A DNA stretch of 20,465 bases from an uncultured bacterium. Its GTDB lineage: Bacteria; Hydrogenedentota; Hydrogenedentia; Hydrogenedentales; JAEUWI01. The position numbers and the translations under genes are program-made. Under the pieces are notes generated by a model. It worked only from the letters and a program-made list of their open reading frames with translations. It made no database searches and was not told the origin of the DNA. The stretch lies in assembly GCA_963977445.1 (NCBI GenBank), contig CAXBPH010000114.1, forward strand, positions 1 through 20,465, in the 5' to 3' direction. Positions 1 through 9,812 of this stretch are shown piece after piece. Positions within the stretch are counted from its first letter, which is position 1, and every line of letters starts with the position of its first letter.

Positions 1-32
1 CGCAGTGTGTACTGCGTGGCTTGGTGCTCTAA

Positions 33-108
33 TGGCACCTCGGACAGGACTCGAACCTGTGACAAGGTGGTTAACAGCCACCTGCTCTACCAACTGAGCT
101 ACCGAGGT
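33..108 (-). tRNA. tRNA-Asn (anticodon GTT), CCA encoded
   Basis: Reverse complement reads ACCTCGG TAGCTCAGTTGGTAGAGC A GGTGG CTGTTAA CCACC TTGTC ACAGG TTCGAGT CCTGT CCGAGGT G CCA: a 76-nt cloverleaf with 7-bp acceptor stem, D arm, GTT anticodon, TTCGA T-loop and discriminator G. Confidence 0.98.
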
Positions 109-149
109 ATTGGTAATGTCGAGTGGCGTTGCCGCTCAACAAGGTCGAT

Positions 150-179
150 ATTATGCCAAACAAAACTGGGGTGATGCAA
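150..179 (-). promoter_or_regulatory. Sigma70-type promoter for tRNA-Asn
   Basis: Minus strand TTGCAT-N18-CATAAT with TGG immediately before the -10 (extended -10), about 40 nt upstream of the tRNA, with an AT-rich tract upstream. Confidence 0.6.
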
Positions 180-219
180 GTAAGAAAGGAAATTTATTCT
201 TTAAAACCTCTGCGGATAC

Positions 220-250
220 AAAAAAGGCCCGGTGCACAGGGCTCCGAGCC
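220..250 (-). terminator. Intrinsic terminator after the ThuA-like gene
   Basis: Minus strand GGCTCGG-AGCCCTGTGCA-CCGGGCC followed by TTTTTT, 55 nt after the stop at 305. Confidence 0.75.
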
Positions 251-304
251 ATAGAAATGGTTGAATTTTTTTGTCTCCGGGATGTCCGAAAACATCCCAA
301 ACGA

Positions 305-1186
305 CTACTTGCGGGCTTCGCCGCTCTTTGGGTCCAACTCCGCAGGAGCAACTTCGGCGAAATTCGGGGTGGCTGCACCTTCCCCGTTGCCTGCTACCCA
401 GGAAACCGCATCAACAAAGGCATTCTGGAAAGCCTCATTATCCCAAACATCTTCCCGGTGTCCCATGGCATTGTAGAACACCCGCCCGTCTCCGGGGGTG
501 CTGCACCAGATGACAGGATAGTTCGGCACAACATACTTTTCCTGCTTGGCCCGCTCTTCACCCGGGTCCAGGAGGGCCAGAACGTGCATGGAATCCTGCT
601 GAAACTGGGTGAACAGATACCATTCATCGGCAATCTTCCAGCCGTCTTTGATGTGGGTCATGGTGGGGTGTGCCCCGTCAACGACCCGCAGAATTCCTTC
701 GAACTGGGCGCCATGGCCACGAAATTCGCCGCCGAGCATGTCGAGGTAGGGCGATTCCGGCGCAAACTGGTTTCGCTCGCGGTGCCACGTGTCGCTGGCG
801 CAATGAAAGCCAAGCAGGCCTCCACCGGCCTTGACCCAGTCGAGCAGCTCTACCATCCCATTGGGGCCCACGGCAGGCGTCTTATCGCCGGTTTCAGCGC
901 TGCACAGGTCCTCGGTGGTATAAAACATGACCACGTCATAGTCTTTGAGGGCCTCGGCATTGATCAAGGTGCCATCTTTGGTCGAGGTGAGGGTTCCCCC
1001 CATTGCCGTAACCAAAGGGCGAATCGTTTTCTCGACGTAACTGGGTTCGTTATTCTCTACCTTGACCACGCCATGTTCGTAGCCCGCCGACTTATTTAAG
1101 AACAGGACTTTCGGGCCCGCAGCGGCGTGAGCCGATACAGCGGCCAACATGAGAAGTCCTGTTATGCTCCAACGGATACTATTCAT
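305..1186 (-). CDS. Secreted ThuA-like domain protein (class I glutamine amidotransferase-like fold)
   Basis: Signal peptide ending in AHA-A. ThuA-family motifs KVLFLNKSAGYEH, YDVVMFYTT, GGGLLGFHCASDT, DEWY and GRVFYNAMGH. AAGGAG RBS upstream. Confidence 0.85.
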   Translation of the reverse strand: MNSIRWSITGLLMLAAVSAHAAAGPKVLFLNKSAGYEHGVVKVENNEPSYVEKTIRPLVTAMGGTLTSTKDGTLINAEALKDYDVVMFYTTEDLCSAETGDKTPAVGPNGMVELLDWVKAGGGLLGFHCASDTWHRERNQFAPESPYLDMLGGEFRGHGAQFEGILRVVDGAHPTMTHIKDGWKIADEWYLFTQFQQDSMHVLALLDPGEERAKQEKYVVPNYPVIWCSTPGDGRVFYNAMGHREDVWDNEAFQNAFVDAVSWVAGNGEGAATPNFAEVAPAELDPKSGEARK

Positions 1187-1220
1187 TCTATTTACTCCTT
1201 AAAACAATCCGGTTAATACG

Positions 1221-2624
1221 TTAATGCCTGGATTCTTCCGAAGCGATTGCTTCAGCCGTATTGGCGTAGATGGTACCCAACTGCGCTTCCGTAATGGTCA
1301 GAAAATCGAGCAGGTCAGAACATCGTTCGGCCAGTGATTCCATTTCGATACCATTGCCCCGGGTCATGGCATCGGCAATATAAGCACCAAGTGCGGTAAT
1401 TGCGACCGCTTCTGGCACATGTTGAGCCTGGCGAAAATCATGATGAAAGCGAATAGGCTCTTTGATGTCTTCGGGAAGTCCCCAACCATCGGCGAGCAGG
1501 TAACCCACCTCCGGGTGTGCCAAACCGAAAAGTTCGTTCTCGAGGGTGATAATGGCCTCGTCAGGGAGTTGTTGCTCGACGCTCACATACTGCTTCGGAG
1601 CGATTTCGGCAAAAATCGCGCGACCGATATCGTGCAAGAGACCCGCAGCGAAAACACTGCCTGCCTCTTTGGGGCGCTTCGCCTGGGCGATTTGCCTGCA
1701 CGCCGTGGCGCAGATCATGGAACGTTTCCAGAACGCCTTGTGGTCGAAATGTTTCCCTTCGGTGAAATACTCAATGACTGCCGAAGCGAGGACCACCGAA
1801 TAGACTTCCCGAAGTCCCAACAAGGCCGTCGCTCGTTCTATCGTGTCTACGTTGTGAGCGAATGAATATGCCGCCGAGTTGGCCAGGCTGATTACCTTGG
1901 CCGCGAGAAGGGGGTCAGTTGCAATTATGGCCGCGATATCCTGTGTGGACGTATCGATGTTTTCCATCGCAGTCCGTACCTGAGAGACTGTTTCGGGCAA
2001 GGTGGGGAGGGAGCTAATCTCCCGAATCAGATGGACCACTTTCTCAAATTTAATATTGCTCTCGACCAGGCCGATGGAAGCAGAACCCGGCGTAGAAACT
2101 TTCGCAGAGGGCTGAAGCTTCAGGTCCCCATCCATCGTATAGTGCTCTCGCGCCTCATCCTGACGTCGATAATAGTTGTCGAGGGCAACGCGAATATCAC
2201 TCATTGAGACCAGCAATGGGCGAACCTTCATGCCAGTCTGCGCTTCCAATTCCGCTACGGTACTTGCATCGAGTGGGCAAGCCATTCCAACCGTCAAATG
2301 CTTACCCATCTTGTCGATGGGAAGAATTTCGTGTTTTAACGCAAATTCCCGGTCTACCAGCTTGATGACGTCGGAGGGGATCATGTAGTTCAGCAAGTCT
2401 ATGCTGGCAACGCCTGGTTGTCGCGATAGAAAGCGCACGAAAGCCTGACTATCCAGGAACTCCAAAGCGATCAGGTTTTCAACCACCTTGCCGCCATCTT
2501 TACGCTGTTTTTCCAACGCTTCCTGAAGTTGGCTGGCCGTAATTAGTTCGGCTTTTATCAGCAGTTCACCGATACGAGGCGGGAGGTTTTTGGTTATCTG
2601 CGTTGGACGTTGTGGACTTTGCAA
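1221..2624 (-). CDS. MshEN/T2SSE_N (GspE N-terminal) domain fused to an HDOD domain; signalling protein. Start uncertain (TTG at 2624 chosen; ATG at 2693 possible)
   Basis: N-terminal RIGELLIKAELITASQLQEALEKQ and ALKHEILPI..LTVGMACPLD match the GspE/PilB N-terminal domain. C-terminal LPTLP, DPLLAAKVISLANSAAY, AGLLHDIG, HPEVGYLLADGWGLP and IRFHH match HDOD. The first ~60 codons of the 527-aa ORF do not look like protein. Confidence 0.88.
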   Translation of the reverse strand: MQSPQRPTQITKNLPPRIGELLIKAELITASQLQEALEKQRKDGGKVVENLIALEFLDSQAFVRFLSRQPGVASIDLLNYMIPSDVIKLVDREFALKHEILPIDKMGKHLTVGMACPLDASTVAELEAQTGMKVRPLLVSMSDIRVALDNYYRRQDEAREHYTMDGDLKLQPSAKVSTPGSASIGLVESNIKFEKVVHLIREISSLPTLPETVSQVRTAMENIDTSTQDIAAIIATDPLLAAKVISLANSAAYSFAHNVDTIERATALLGLREVYSVVLASAVIEYFTEGKHFDHKAFWKRSMICATACRQIAQAKRPKEAGSVFAAGLLHDIGRAIFAEIAPKQYVSVEQQLPDEAIITLENELFGLAHPEVGYLLADGWGLPEDIKEPIRFHHDFRQAQHVPEAVAITALGAYIADAMTRGNGIEMESLAERCSDLLDFLTITEAQLGTIYANTAEAIASEESRH

Positions 2625-3180
2625 TCTCTGACTTTCTAACTTGACCGTGGTCAATCGGTTTAAATTATTGAGTTTCGGTGGACAGTACACCATAACACAG
2701 GCGGTTGGGCCCGGGTTAGCCGCAGGTTTTCCAGAGTAAGCCAGGAAATCGCGCAAATTTCTGGGAACCCAACGGCCCTCAAATTTCAGGAGATGCCATA
2801 CCATTACGACTTCACGAACATAAGTGTAAGTTCTTTGTGATAAGGTGTCAAGTGGTCACAGAGCAGGATATTGGGCCTTTCGCGGCAAATATTGTCATAA
2901 TTTTGATTCGGGCTATGGTGGTGAGAATAGTGGGGGGCTTTCTGATATAGTAGCTGGCAAAGGGAATACCAGAAGCGGAAGTGATGTTCATCCTTAGAGT
3001 GATTGCTCCTGACGTGCCATAATGTCAGGAACGACGCATTTGGATGCTGCCCGGCGGGCTGATCACGGGCGTGGGGCGTTGCCCGCAATGGTGCGCTCTC
3101 GGAAAATCCAGTAAAATGACAGGCGTGGTTTTGACCACGCAGTTAATCGTTGACCCATAAAGCAGAAGGAGATTGTTAAA

Positions 3181-3795
3181 ATGGCTTTTGAGCTACCCCC
3201 ATTGACCTATGCCAACGACGCACTCGAACCCCATATCGATGCGAAAACGATGGAAATTCACCATGACAAGCACCATGCCGCCTATGTCGCCGGCCTAAAC
3301 GGTGCCCTGGAAGGCCTTTCCCAGTTTGACGGCAAATCTGTCGAAGAAATTCTGGCCGCTATTGGGGACGTGCCCGAAGCCAAGCGTCAGGCCGTCACCA
3401 ATCACGGTGGTGGTCACGCCAACCACTCCTTGTTTTGGAATATCCTTGCGCCAGGTGGTGCCAACGCGCCTTCCGGTGACCTTGCCACAGCAATTGACGG
3501 TGCCTTCGGTAGCCTCGATGCCTTCAAAGAAGCCTTCGGAAACGCCGCCAAGACGCGCTTCGGCAGCGGTTGGGGCTGGCTCGTTGTCGGTGCCGACGGC
3601 GGCCTCGAAGTATTGAGCACGGCGAATCAGGACTCTCCGCTGATGAGCGGCAAGACCCCCATCGTGGGTCTGGACGTATGGGAACACGCCTACTACCTGA
3701 ACTATCAAAATCGTCGCCCCGACTATGTGGCGTCCTTCTGGAATGTTCTCAATTGGGATGTGGTCGCGTCGTTGTATGCAGCTGCTAAGGCGTAA
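3181..3795 (+). CDS. sodA: Superoxide dismutase [Mn]
   Basis: [45 protein letters not shown] and DVWEHAYY motifs. GGH and NQD are Mn-type determinants. AAGGAG RBS. Confidence 0.96.
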   Translation: MAFELPPLTYANDALEPHIDAKTMEIHHDKHHAAYVAGLNGALEGLSQFDGKSVEEILAAIGDVPEAKRQAVTNHGGGHANHSLFWNILAPGGANAPSGDLATAIDGAFGSLDAFKEAFGNAAKTRFGSGWGWLVVGADGGLEVLSTANQDSPLMSGKTPIVGLDVWEHAYYLNYQNRRPDYVASFWNVLNWDVVASLYAAAKA

Positions 3796-3840
3796 TTTTG
3801 AGATCTGAATGAACGCTAAATCAGTACCATGAAATTCACG

Positions 3841-3882
3841 TTGGGTCGACGCCCCTGCAACGGGGCGTCGGCCCAATTTTTT
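3841..3882 (+). terminator. Intrinsic terminator of sodA
   Basis: TTGGGTCGACGCCCC-TGCAAC-GGGGCGTCGGCCCAA followed by TTTTTT. Confidence 0.9.
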
Positions 3883-3916
3883 GTCAACGTCCATGTTGAC
3901 GCGCCTCGGGAGGTGT

Positions 3917-4309
3917 ATGTTGGGTCAGGAAATCGGGCGAGCCTATATCGTGCTTTTGGTGGATGATGAGGAGATGGTGCGGCATGTTGGCAAAAAACTG
4001 CTTACAAAGCTGGGGTATGAAGTCTTCGTCGTATCCTCCGGCGCGGAAGCGGTCGATTTCTGTAACGCGGCCAATCCGATTCCCGATTGCCTGCTTCTGG
4101 ACTACAATATGCCCGGAATGAACGGTGAAGAAACACTGGCCGCTATACGCGCATTCTTGCCGACGATTTCGGCGGTGCTGAGCACGGGATACAGTCCGGA
4201 AGATATCGGTCTCGATTTGTCCGATGGCGTCTGGGACCGCATCGTACAAAAGCCTTTTCGCCTGGAAAATCTGTCGCAGGCCCTCGGTGCCCTTCGCGAC
4301 AAAATGTGA
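3917..4309 (+). CDS. Stand-alone response regulator receiver (CheY-like) protein
   Basis: VLLVDDEEMVR, CLLLDYNMPGMNG (phosphoacceptor D), LSTGY and QKPF. ATG at 3917 follows GGGAGG. Confidence 0.88.
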   Translation: MLGQEIGRAYIVLLVDDEEMVRHVGKKLLTKLGYEVFVVSSGAEAVDFCNAANPIPDCLLLDYNMPGMNGEETLAAIRAFLPTISAVLSTGYSPEDIGLDLSDGVWDRIVQKPFRLENLSQALGALRDKM

Positions 4310-4324
4310 CTTTTCACGGGGGCG

Positions 4325-4762
4325 CTACAAGGGGCAAATCATGCGATAGTGGGGGCCAATTCCAGGGATATCAAAGGCCTCTCCTTCAATAGAAAGTCCT
4401 CGCAATTCATAAAAGGGCCGCGCCCCGATTCGTGCATTGCACCAGAGCGCTTTGCCGCCGTGGGCCGACGCATAAGCCATACATGCCTGCAGCAACTTGC
4501 TGCCCAGCCCGCGCCCATGGTGTTCCGGCAAGACCGCCATACCACGTAGCCTCCAGGCATCGTCCATATCGTATTCCGCAGGCCCCTCGGGATAGAGGGA
4601 GACGACACCCACGAGACTACCTTCTTCAAAGGCACCCATGTGCCAGGTGCTTTCAAGATCATCTCCGGGGAATATGGCCGATTCCGGAGGGAGATCGGGG
4701 CGGAGGACTTGTTGACGAATGGGGTAGACTTCGCTGGCTGAGACGCGACTTATCATCATCAT
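4325..4762 (-). CDS. GNAT family N-acetyltransferase (YitI/ElaA-like)
   Basis: RQQVLRP, WRLRGMAVLPEHHGRGLGSKLL (acetyl-CoA motif A) and LWCNAR..A..FY. The start overlaps the upstream stop (ATGA); GAGGAGG RBS. Confidence 0.92.
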   Translation of the reverse strand: MMMISRVSASEVYPIRQQVLRPDLPPESAIFPGDDLESTWHMGAFEEGSLVGVVSLYPEGPAEYDMDDAWRLRGMAVLPEHHGRGLGSKLLQACMAYASAHGGKALWCNARIGARPFYELRGLSIEGEAFDIPGIGPHYRMICPL

Positions 4763-5694
4763 GACGGTGCAACCTCCTCAAGAAATCCCAATACGGCTTC
4801 CGTAACCTCTTCCTCGTCATAGTCCCAGAATATCACATGGTCCGATTTTTCCAGTAGATGCATTTCGGTGGATGCCCCCGTCATTTTTTCCAAGGCCGCT
4901 TGTGTGGCGTCGTACGACGTGACCGAGTCCCCCGTCGAATGTATCGCCAGCACCGGGGCCGTGATTTGCGTCAACAGGGTGGCGTCGTTGGCCTGTTCAC
5001 ACAAGGTCAGGGCCGTTAATACACCCTTCATCGGTATCCACCCATAACACTGGACATGGGCGCGCCCTTCCGGTTTCGCTACGGGCCCATGATTGGGGCG
5101 CCCCGGCAGCCACCGAACAATCGTTGCAAGGCGATGGGCCAGCCAGTCCGTATCCACCCCGAGAAGGTGATTGTAGGTTAAGCCAAAATAAGGTGCGCAC
5201 AATACGAGACCATCCACAGGGACCTCCCCAGCAACCAGCGTCGAAAGGGCGCCACCCATGGAGTGTCCGACCACCACGACCGTTTCGTGATCTTCTTTGA
5301 GTGCCAATACGGCCTCACGAACACCCGCAATCAATTCGTCTGCTGTGGTGCGCTCGAATTCCCGGGGACTGGTCCCATGTCCGGGCAAGCGCAGGGTTTC
5401 CACATACCATCCCGCATTTGCGACGGCGTCTGGAAGCACGTTGAAGTTACTCTGATCACCAATAAAACCGTGGACAAAAAGAACCGCCCGTTCCGACGAT
5501 TTTGTCCCCAGGATACGGGGCGACGCCCCTGCCAGAATGCCCGATTTATGATCCCGATTTGCCTTGGCGTCATAGCGGGTGACCAACCAGTCAGCGACCA
5601 GATTGAACAAGACCACAGCGACGATGGTCGCCATGATCCCGTAGGCAATCCGAGGGCGCCAATGCTTCTTCTTTGCCTGTTTCGTTGATACCAT
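4759..5694 (-). CDS. Membrane-anchored alpha/beta hydrolase (carboxylesterase / monoacylglycerol lipase / lysophospholipase-like)
   Basis: Basic N-terminus and one TM helix, VLFVHGF, RLPGHG, nucleophile GHSMGG, HSTGDSV and SDHVI. ATG at 5694 lies 4 nt after the aas stop. Confidence 0.88.
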   Translation of the reverse strand: MVSTKQAKKKHWRPRIAYGIMATIVAVVLFNLVADWLVTRYDAKANRDHKSGILAGASPRILGTKSSERAVLFVHGFIGDQSNFNVLPDAVANAGWYVETLRLPGHGTSPREFERTTADELIAGVREAVLALKEDHETVVVVGHSMGGALSTLVAGEVPVDGLVLCAPYFGLTYNHLLGVDTDWLAHRLATIVRWLPGRPNHGPVAKPEGRAHVQCYGWIPMKGVLTALTLCEQANDATLLTQITAPVLAIHSTGDSVTSYDATQAALEKMTGASTEMHLLEKSDHVIFWDYDEEEVTEAVLGFLEEVAPS

Positions 5695-5698
5695 ACTC

Positions 5699-8600
5699 TT
5701 AATCCCCCAGATCGAAGGCCAGGGCCATCTGCTTGATAGATTTGATGTCCATCTTGCCCGTTCCCAATATCGGTATTTCGTCAATTTGATAAAAGGCAGT
5801 TGCCTTCGGAATCCATAAGTTGGGCATGGAGGACGTCTTCATGGCGGACAGCAATTTTTCCAGTTCCTCGTCATTCAGGGTGTGGAGCACAATGAGTCGC
5901 TCCCCTTTTTGCGTGTCGGGAACGCCCGCGACAGCAAGTCGCTGCTCGGTGAGATCAAGCAGGCCATGGAGGATTTCTTCCACCCGCGTATGGGGCACCA
6001 TTTCGCCCGCGACCTTACTGAAACGGGCCAGCCGGTCCGTAATCGTGATAAAGCCATCCCCATCGATGTTCGCAATGTCCCCCGTTTCATACCAGCCATC
6101 CCGAAGTACCTTGGCAGTTTTCTCTGGCTGTCCCAGGTAGCCCTGCATGATGTTGGGGCCTCGGGCAAGCAACAGGCCAGATTCTCCCGCAGCAACCTCT
6201 TCACCCGACGCCGTATCCACCACGCGCACTTCCACGCCGGGGATGGGTCGACCAATCGTACCGTGCTTGGTGCCGGGGCTATAAAAGCCGGGTGAAACAC
6301 AGTCGGTAATGTTGGCCGACACGACAGGGGCACATTCCGTCGTCCCATAGCCCTCCAGGGGCTCCATGCCGAATTTCTCCTTGAAGGCATTACGTACCCG
6401 CGGCGCAAGTTTTTCAGCACCGCACACGATGAAGGCCAGACTCGACAGTTGTTCCGGTGTACATCGGCGGATGAAGCCCTGCATGAAGGTGGAGGTGCCT
6501 ATCATGATGGTTCCCTGATACGTATTGATAAGCTTTCCGATTATTTTAGGCTCCAGGGGATTGGCATGGTAAATGCCGCGGATTCCATGGATGAGCGGCA
6601 TCCAAAGGGTTGCGGTGAAGCCAAAAGAATGAAAAAAGGGTAGGAAGCCCACAATGCAGCTGTTGCGGTCGTTCGGAAAGGCTTCCAGGGTGCCATCAAT
6701 ATTGGTGATGATGTTGCGATGGCTAAGCATGACGCCTTTGGGCTCGCCTTCGCTACCACTGGAAAAAACCACCGTCGCCAGATCATCGGCACTGCGTTGG
6801 GGGGAGCCGAGAACGCGCTCAATCAGGGAGACAGGACATGCCACCGCAAGAAACATGGCGATAAGACGATCCAGGAAAGTTACGCTGTCCCGGATATCCT
6901 CGAGGAAGATGGTTTCGCCCGGAACTTCGAGGGGCAGACGTTCCACGAGCTTCTTCGAGGTCAGCACCTGGGTTACGTTGCACTGGCGGGCACAGGAAGC
7001 AATCACATCGCTGCTGGCCGTGTAATTCAGGTTGATGGGCACGCGTCCCATCAGTTGAAGGGCAACGTTGGTCAGGGATCCGCCCAGGGAGGGAGGGAGC
7101 AATACACCCACCATCTGTTGCTGATCGAGACGTTGCTGAAACTTTCGCGCAAATACCAGACTGCCGACGAGGGTCTTGAAATAGCTCAGTTTTCCCGTCA
7201 ATGTGTCGGCAATGGCCATTTTAAAGGGATTGCGCCGTGCCATGCGAACGAAGCCACGGTGGAGCAGCTGGACACGGAGGGGACGCTCCGTGTGGACTTC
7301 CCGGCCCAGAAGATGCAACGTTTTCGTAATCGATTCCATCGTGCTGTCCACCGGGAGCGGGGGACCAAAACGTATATCGATGGGGTAGGGCAATTGCTTG
7401 GGGCGTCGCCATTGAACGCGATTCTCGATAATTACATAGAGTGATTGCCACATGCGCGTGATATAAAACGGCACCACCGGTATGTCGAGACCCCGGGTGA
7501 TGACCCCAACATTGTTTTCCCAGGCTACGGGGCAGCCTTCCGGGGTGACCTGGCGCTCATTGTTGATGCAGACAACATGGCCCAACGCAAGGCACTTTCG
7601 GACCTGCTTGGCCACCTGGGCCTGTTCCGTTTCCGTAGCGTGCTCCGGTATGGGTATCACGTGCAGCAGGCGCGCCAGGCGGCCCATAATCGGGCGCCGG
7701 AAGACCCCATCACCCATTACAAAATGGATTTCCCTGTCCGTTGCGCTGAATATGGCAAGACAGTCGATGAAAGAAATGTGACTGCCCACGAGCAGGGCTG
7801 CCCCCGATTCTGGCAACAATTCCCGGCCGTGCACGCGAATACGAACCCAGGTATTGGAAAGAATCCACAACACTGCCCGAAGACATAGATGGGGCAAGCG
7901 GAAGGTGATGTAGATACCCATTCCAAGTGAAAAGGCCGCCGTCAGCAGGTAAACCTGGTAGGTGCTCAGGCCCGCCGTCCCCAGCGCGATAAACAACAGA
8001 GAAGCCACCGCCATACCCACAAAGGTGAGCATATTCGTTGTCGCTATAATGCCGCCGACTGTGCCCTTGGGTGCCCGGTGTTGTACCGATGCGGCCAGGG
8101 GAACGTCGAAGGCGCCCGCGAAAAAGCCCAACCCGAAGGTGCTGAACAGCAGAAAATAGAAATAGGTCCCCGGGTTGGTCGTCGGTGTATTTTCGACAAG
8201 TATCGGAATCGACATAAAGGGACGGAAAGCTTCGAAAGGTATGGCCATCAGGGCACCAAAGAACGCCATGCCCAGCGCGCCAATCGGGATGATGCCCAAT
8301 TCAATCTTGTTGCGGGAGAGGAAGCCCGCGGCCAGTGCACCCAGACCGATTCCCATAACTACCGCACCGATGAGTGCGCTCTGATAGGCCTCGCTAAGCT
8401 GGAGCGTGTCCCCTGCGAATTTGACGATATTGGCGCGCACCAGGGTGCCCACGAACCAGAAGTAGATGTATCCAAGCACCACATTGAAGAGTACGCGGTC
8501 GCGCCAGATGATACCGAAGTCCCGCCCCATACCTTTCCAGGGAAGGAGTGGGTTCATGGGGATGGGAAGGTGGGGATTGGCCGCCGGGGGACGGGTAATC

Positions 8601-9253
8601 CAAAACGCGGTTGCGATGCCCAAACCAGAAAGAGCGACCAGGTAAAAGGATGTGCGGTAGAGTTCCCCCGCATAGGCATGGTGTATCTTTCCAGCCGCCA
8701 GCACCCCGAGTATGATGGCAGCAATCGTACCCATCTGAATGATACCGTTGGCCCACGAGAGGCGCCGTTCAGGGAGTATCTCAGGCAGAATGCCATACTT
8801 CGCGGGAGCAAATAGGGCGCTTTGGGTCGCCATCAGGAAAAGCACGGCCCAAATGAAAAGCGGCGATCCGGATAAGAAGGCAAGACCGCCGATGATCATG
8901 ATGACCACTTCCATGATCTTGGTGGCGATGGCGAGGACGCCTTTGCTGTAACGGTCGGCGATGGCCCCGAAGAGACAGGGGAAAATGATGAAGGGCAGGG
9001 AAAAAAGTAAGGTAGATATACCCTGGACATAGTCGTAAGGTGCCAGAGAGAATGTCTTCCCCAACAGACTTACGTCTACAACACCCGCGCCCGTACCCGA
9101 CGTCAGTGTCGCCACAAGGCTGTAGATGATAAGCCATTGATAGACGTTGTCGTTGAATGCCCCCTGAAATTGGGTCACCACCAGTGCCCAGAACCCACGG
9201 GGTTTGAAATCCGCCTCGTGCAGCGTGGTAGCAGTCTGCTCTCGATGTGTCAT
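5699..9253 (-). CDS. aas: Aas-type fusion: MFS (LplT-like) lysophospholipid transporter + PlsC-like acyltransferase + acyl-ACP synthetase (AMP-binding)
   Basis: TQFQGAFNDN, ADRYSK and QSALFAPAKYGILPE (LplT-like MFS); SHISFID (HX4D); FSSGSEGEPKGVMLSH, EGYGTTE, WYETGD, RFSKVAGEMV and GTGKMD (adenylation domain). Confidence 0.93.
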   Translation of the reverse strand: MTHREQTATTLHEADFKPRGFWALVVTQFQGAFNDNVYQWLIIYSLVATLTSGTGAGVVDVSLLGKTFSLAPYDYVQGISTLLFSLPFIIFPCLFGAIADRYSKGVLAIATKIMEVVIMIIGGLAFLSGSPLFIWAVLFLMATQSALFAPAKYGILPEILPERRLSWANGIIQMGTIAAIILGVLAAGKIHHAYAGELYRTSFYLVALSGLGIATAFWITRPPAANPHLPIPMNPLLPWKGMGRDFGIIWRDRVLFNVVLGYIYFWFVGTLVRANIVKFAGDTLQLSEAYQSALIGAVVMGIGLGALAAGFLSRNKIELGIIPIGALGMAFFGALMAIPFEAFRPFMSIPILVENTPTTNPGTYFYFLLFSTFGLGFFAGAFDVPLAASVQHRAPKGTVGGIIATTNMLTFVGMAVASLLFIALGTAGLSTYQVYLLTAAFSLGMGIYITFRLPHLCLRAVLWILSNTWVRIRVHGRELLPESGAALLVGSHISFIDCLAIFSATDREIHFVMGDGVFRRPIMGRLARLLHVIPIPEHATETEQAQVAKQVRKCLALGHVVCINNERQVTPEGCPVAWENNVGVITRGLDIPVVPFYITRMWQSLYVIIENRVQWRRPKQLPYPIDIRFGPPLPVDSTMESITKTLHLLGREVHTERPLRVQLLHRGFVRMARRNPFKMAIADTLTGKLSYFKTLVGSLVFARKFQQRLDQQQMVGVLLPPSLGGSLTNVALQLMGRVPINLNYTASSDVIASCARQCNVTQVLTSKKLVERLPLEVPGETIFLEDIRDSVTFLDRLIAMFLAVACPVSLIERVLGSPQRSADDLATVVFSSGSEGEPKGVMLSHRNIITNIDGTLEAFPNDRNSCIVGFLPFFHSFGFTATLWMPLIHGIRGIYHANPLEPKIIGKLINTYQGTIMIGTSTFMQGFIRRCTPEQLSSLAFIVCGAEKLAPRVRNAFKEKFGMEPLEGYGTTECAPVVSANITDCVSPGFYSPGTKHGTIGRPIPGVEVRVVDTASGEEVAAGESGLLLARGPNIMQGYLGQPEKTAKVLRDGWYETGDIANIDGDGFITITDRLARFSKVAGEMVPHTRVEEILHGLLDLTEQRLAVAGVPDTQKGERLIVLHTLNDEELEKLLSAMKTSSMPNLWIPKATAFYQIDEIPILGTGKMDIKSIKQMALAFDLGD

Positions 9254-9334
9254 GGAAGTATATCCTCGTCCACGGTATTACCGTCGACTTCAATCGAATA
9301 TCATGCCCCGAAATACATTCCAACGATTACGCGT

Positions 9335-9799
9335 TCATCGCTCGCATCGGTCTCGAACCAGCTCCAGGCTCTCTACCAATAATTCGCACCGCTTGCGATC
9401 AAAATCAGCCATCACGTCATGTACATTCTGCCGGTACAACGGCTCCACCTGCTCGATTAGCGCCCGTCCATCCGGGGTTAAGTCTACATGGTAAATTCGC
9501 CGATTACCTTGGACCACCTTCCGCTCGACCAGGCCCTTGCTTTCCAGCTTGTCGAGTACGGAGGTTACGCTGGCCCGGGTAACCACCAGACGCTTACCAA
9601 GATCCGATTGTGTCCAGACCGTTTCCTTATATTTGAGCGAAAAGAGTACGTTGAATTGAGCTTCGGTTAAATCAAATTCACGAAACAGCGCCGCACCCTT
9701 CAACGAGAGTACCCCGGCAGTTCGAACGATACTCAGAATGGCCTCATGGTGGACGTCGTCCATGGGATGTTCCAGGTTCAATTCTTTTTCGAGGGACAT
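9335..9799 (-). CDS. MarR family transcriptional regulator
   Basis: LTEAQFNVL, TQSDLGKRLVVTRASVTSVLDKLESKGLVER and NRRIYHVDLTPDG. AGGAGG RBS. Confidence 0.93.
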   Translation of the reverse strand: MSLEKELNLEHPMDDVHHEAILSIVRTAGVLSLKGAALFREFDLTEAQFNVLFSLKYKETVWTQSDLGKRLVVTRASVTSVLDKLESKGLVERKVVQGNRRIYHVDLTPDGRALIEQVEPLYRQNVHDVMADFDRKRCELLVESLELVRDRCER

Positions 9800-9812
9800 T
9801 GTGACCTCCTGG

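Noticed and set aside
1..108. tRNA-Asn as an island integration site
   Set aside because: No integrase or duplicated tRNA 3' end lies in the window, and only 32 bp beyond the 3' end are visible, so it cannot be assessed.
110..1099. 329-aa plus-strand ORF
   Set aside because: Antisense shadow of the ThuA-like gene; no recognisable motifs.
2804..3088. 94-aa minus-strand ORF between the HDOD gene and sodA
   Set aside because: No RBS and atypical composition; it lies in a divergent promoter region and is probably spurious.
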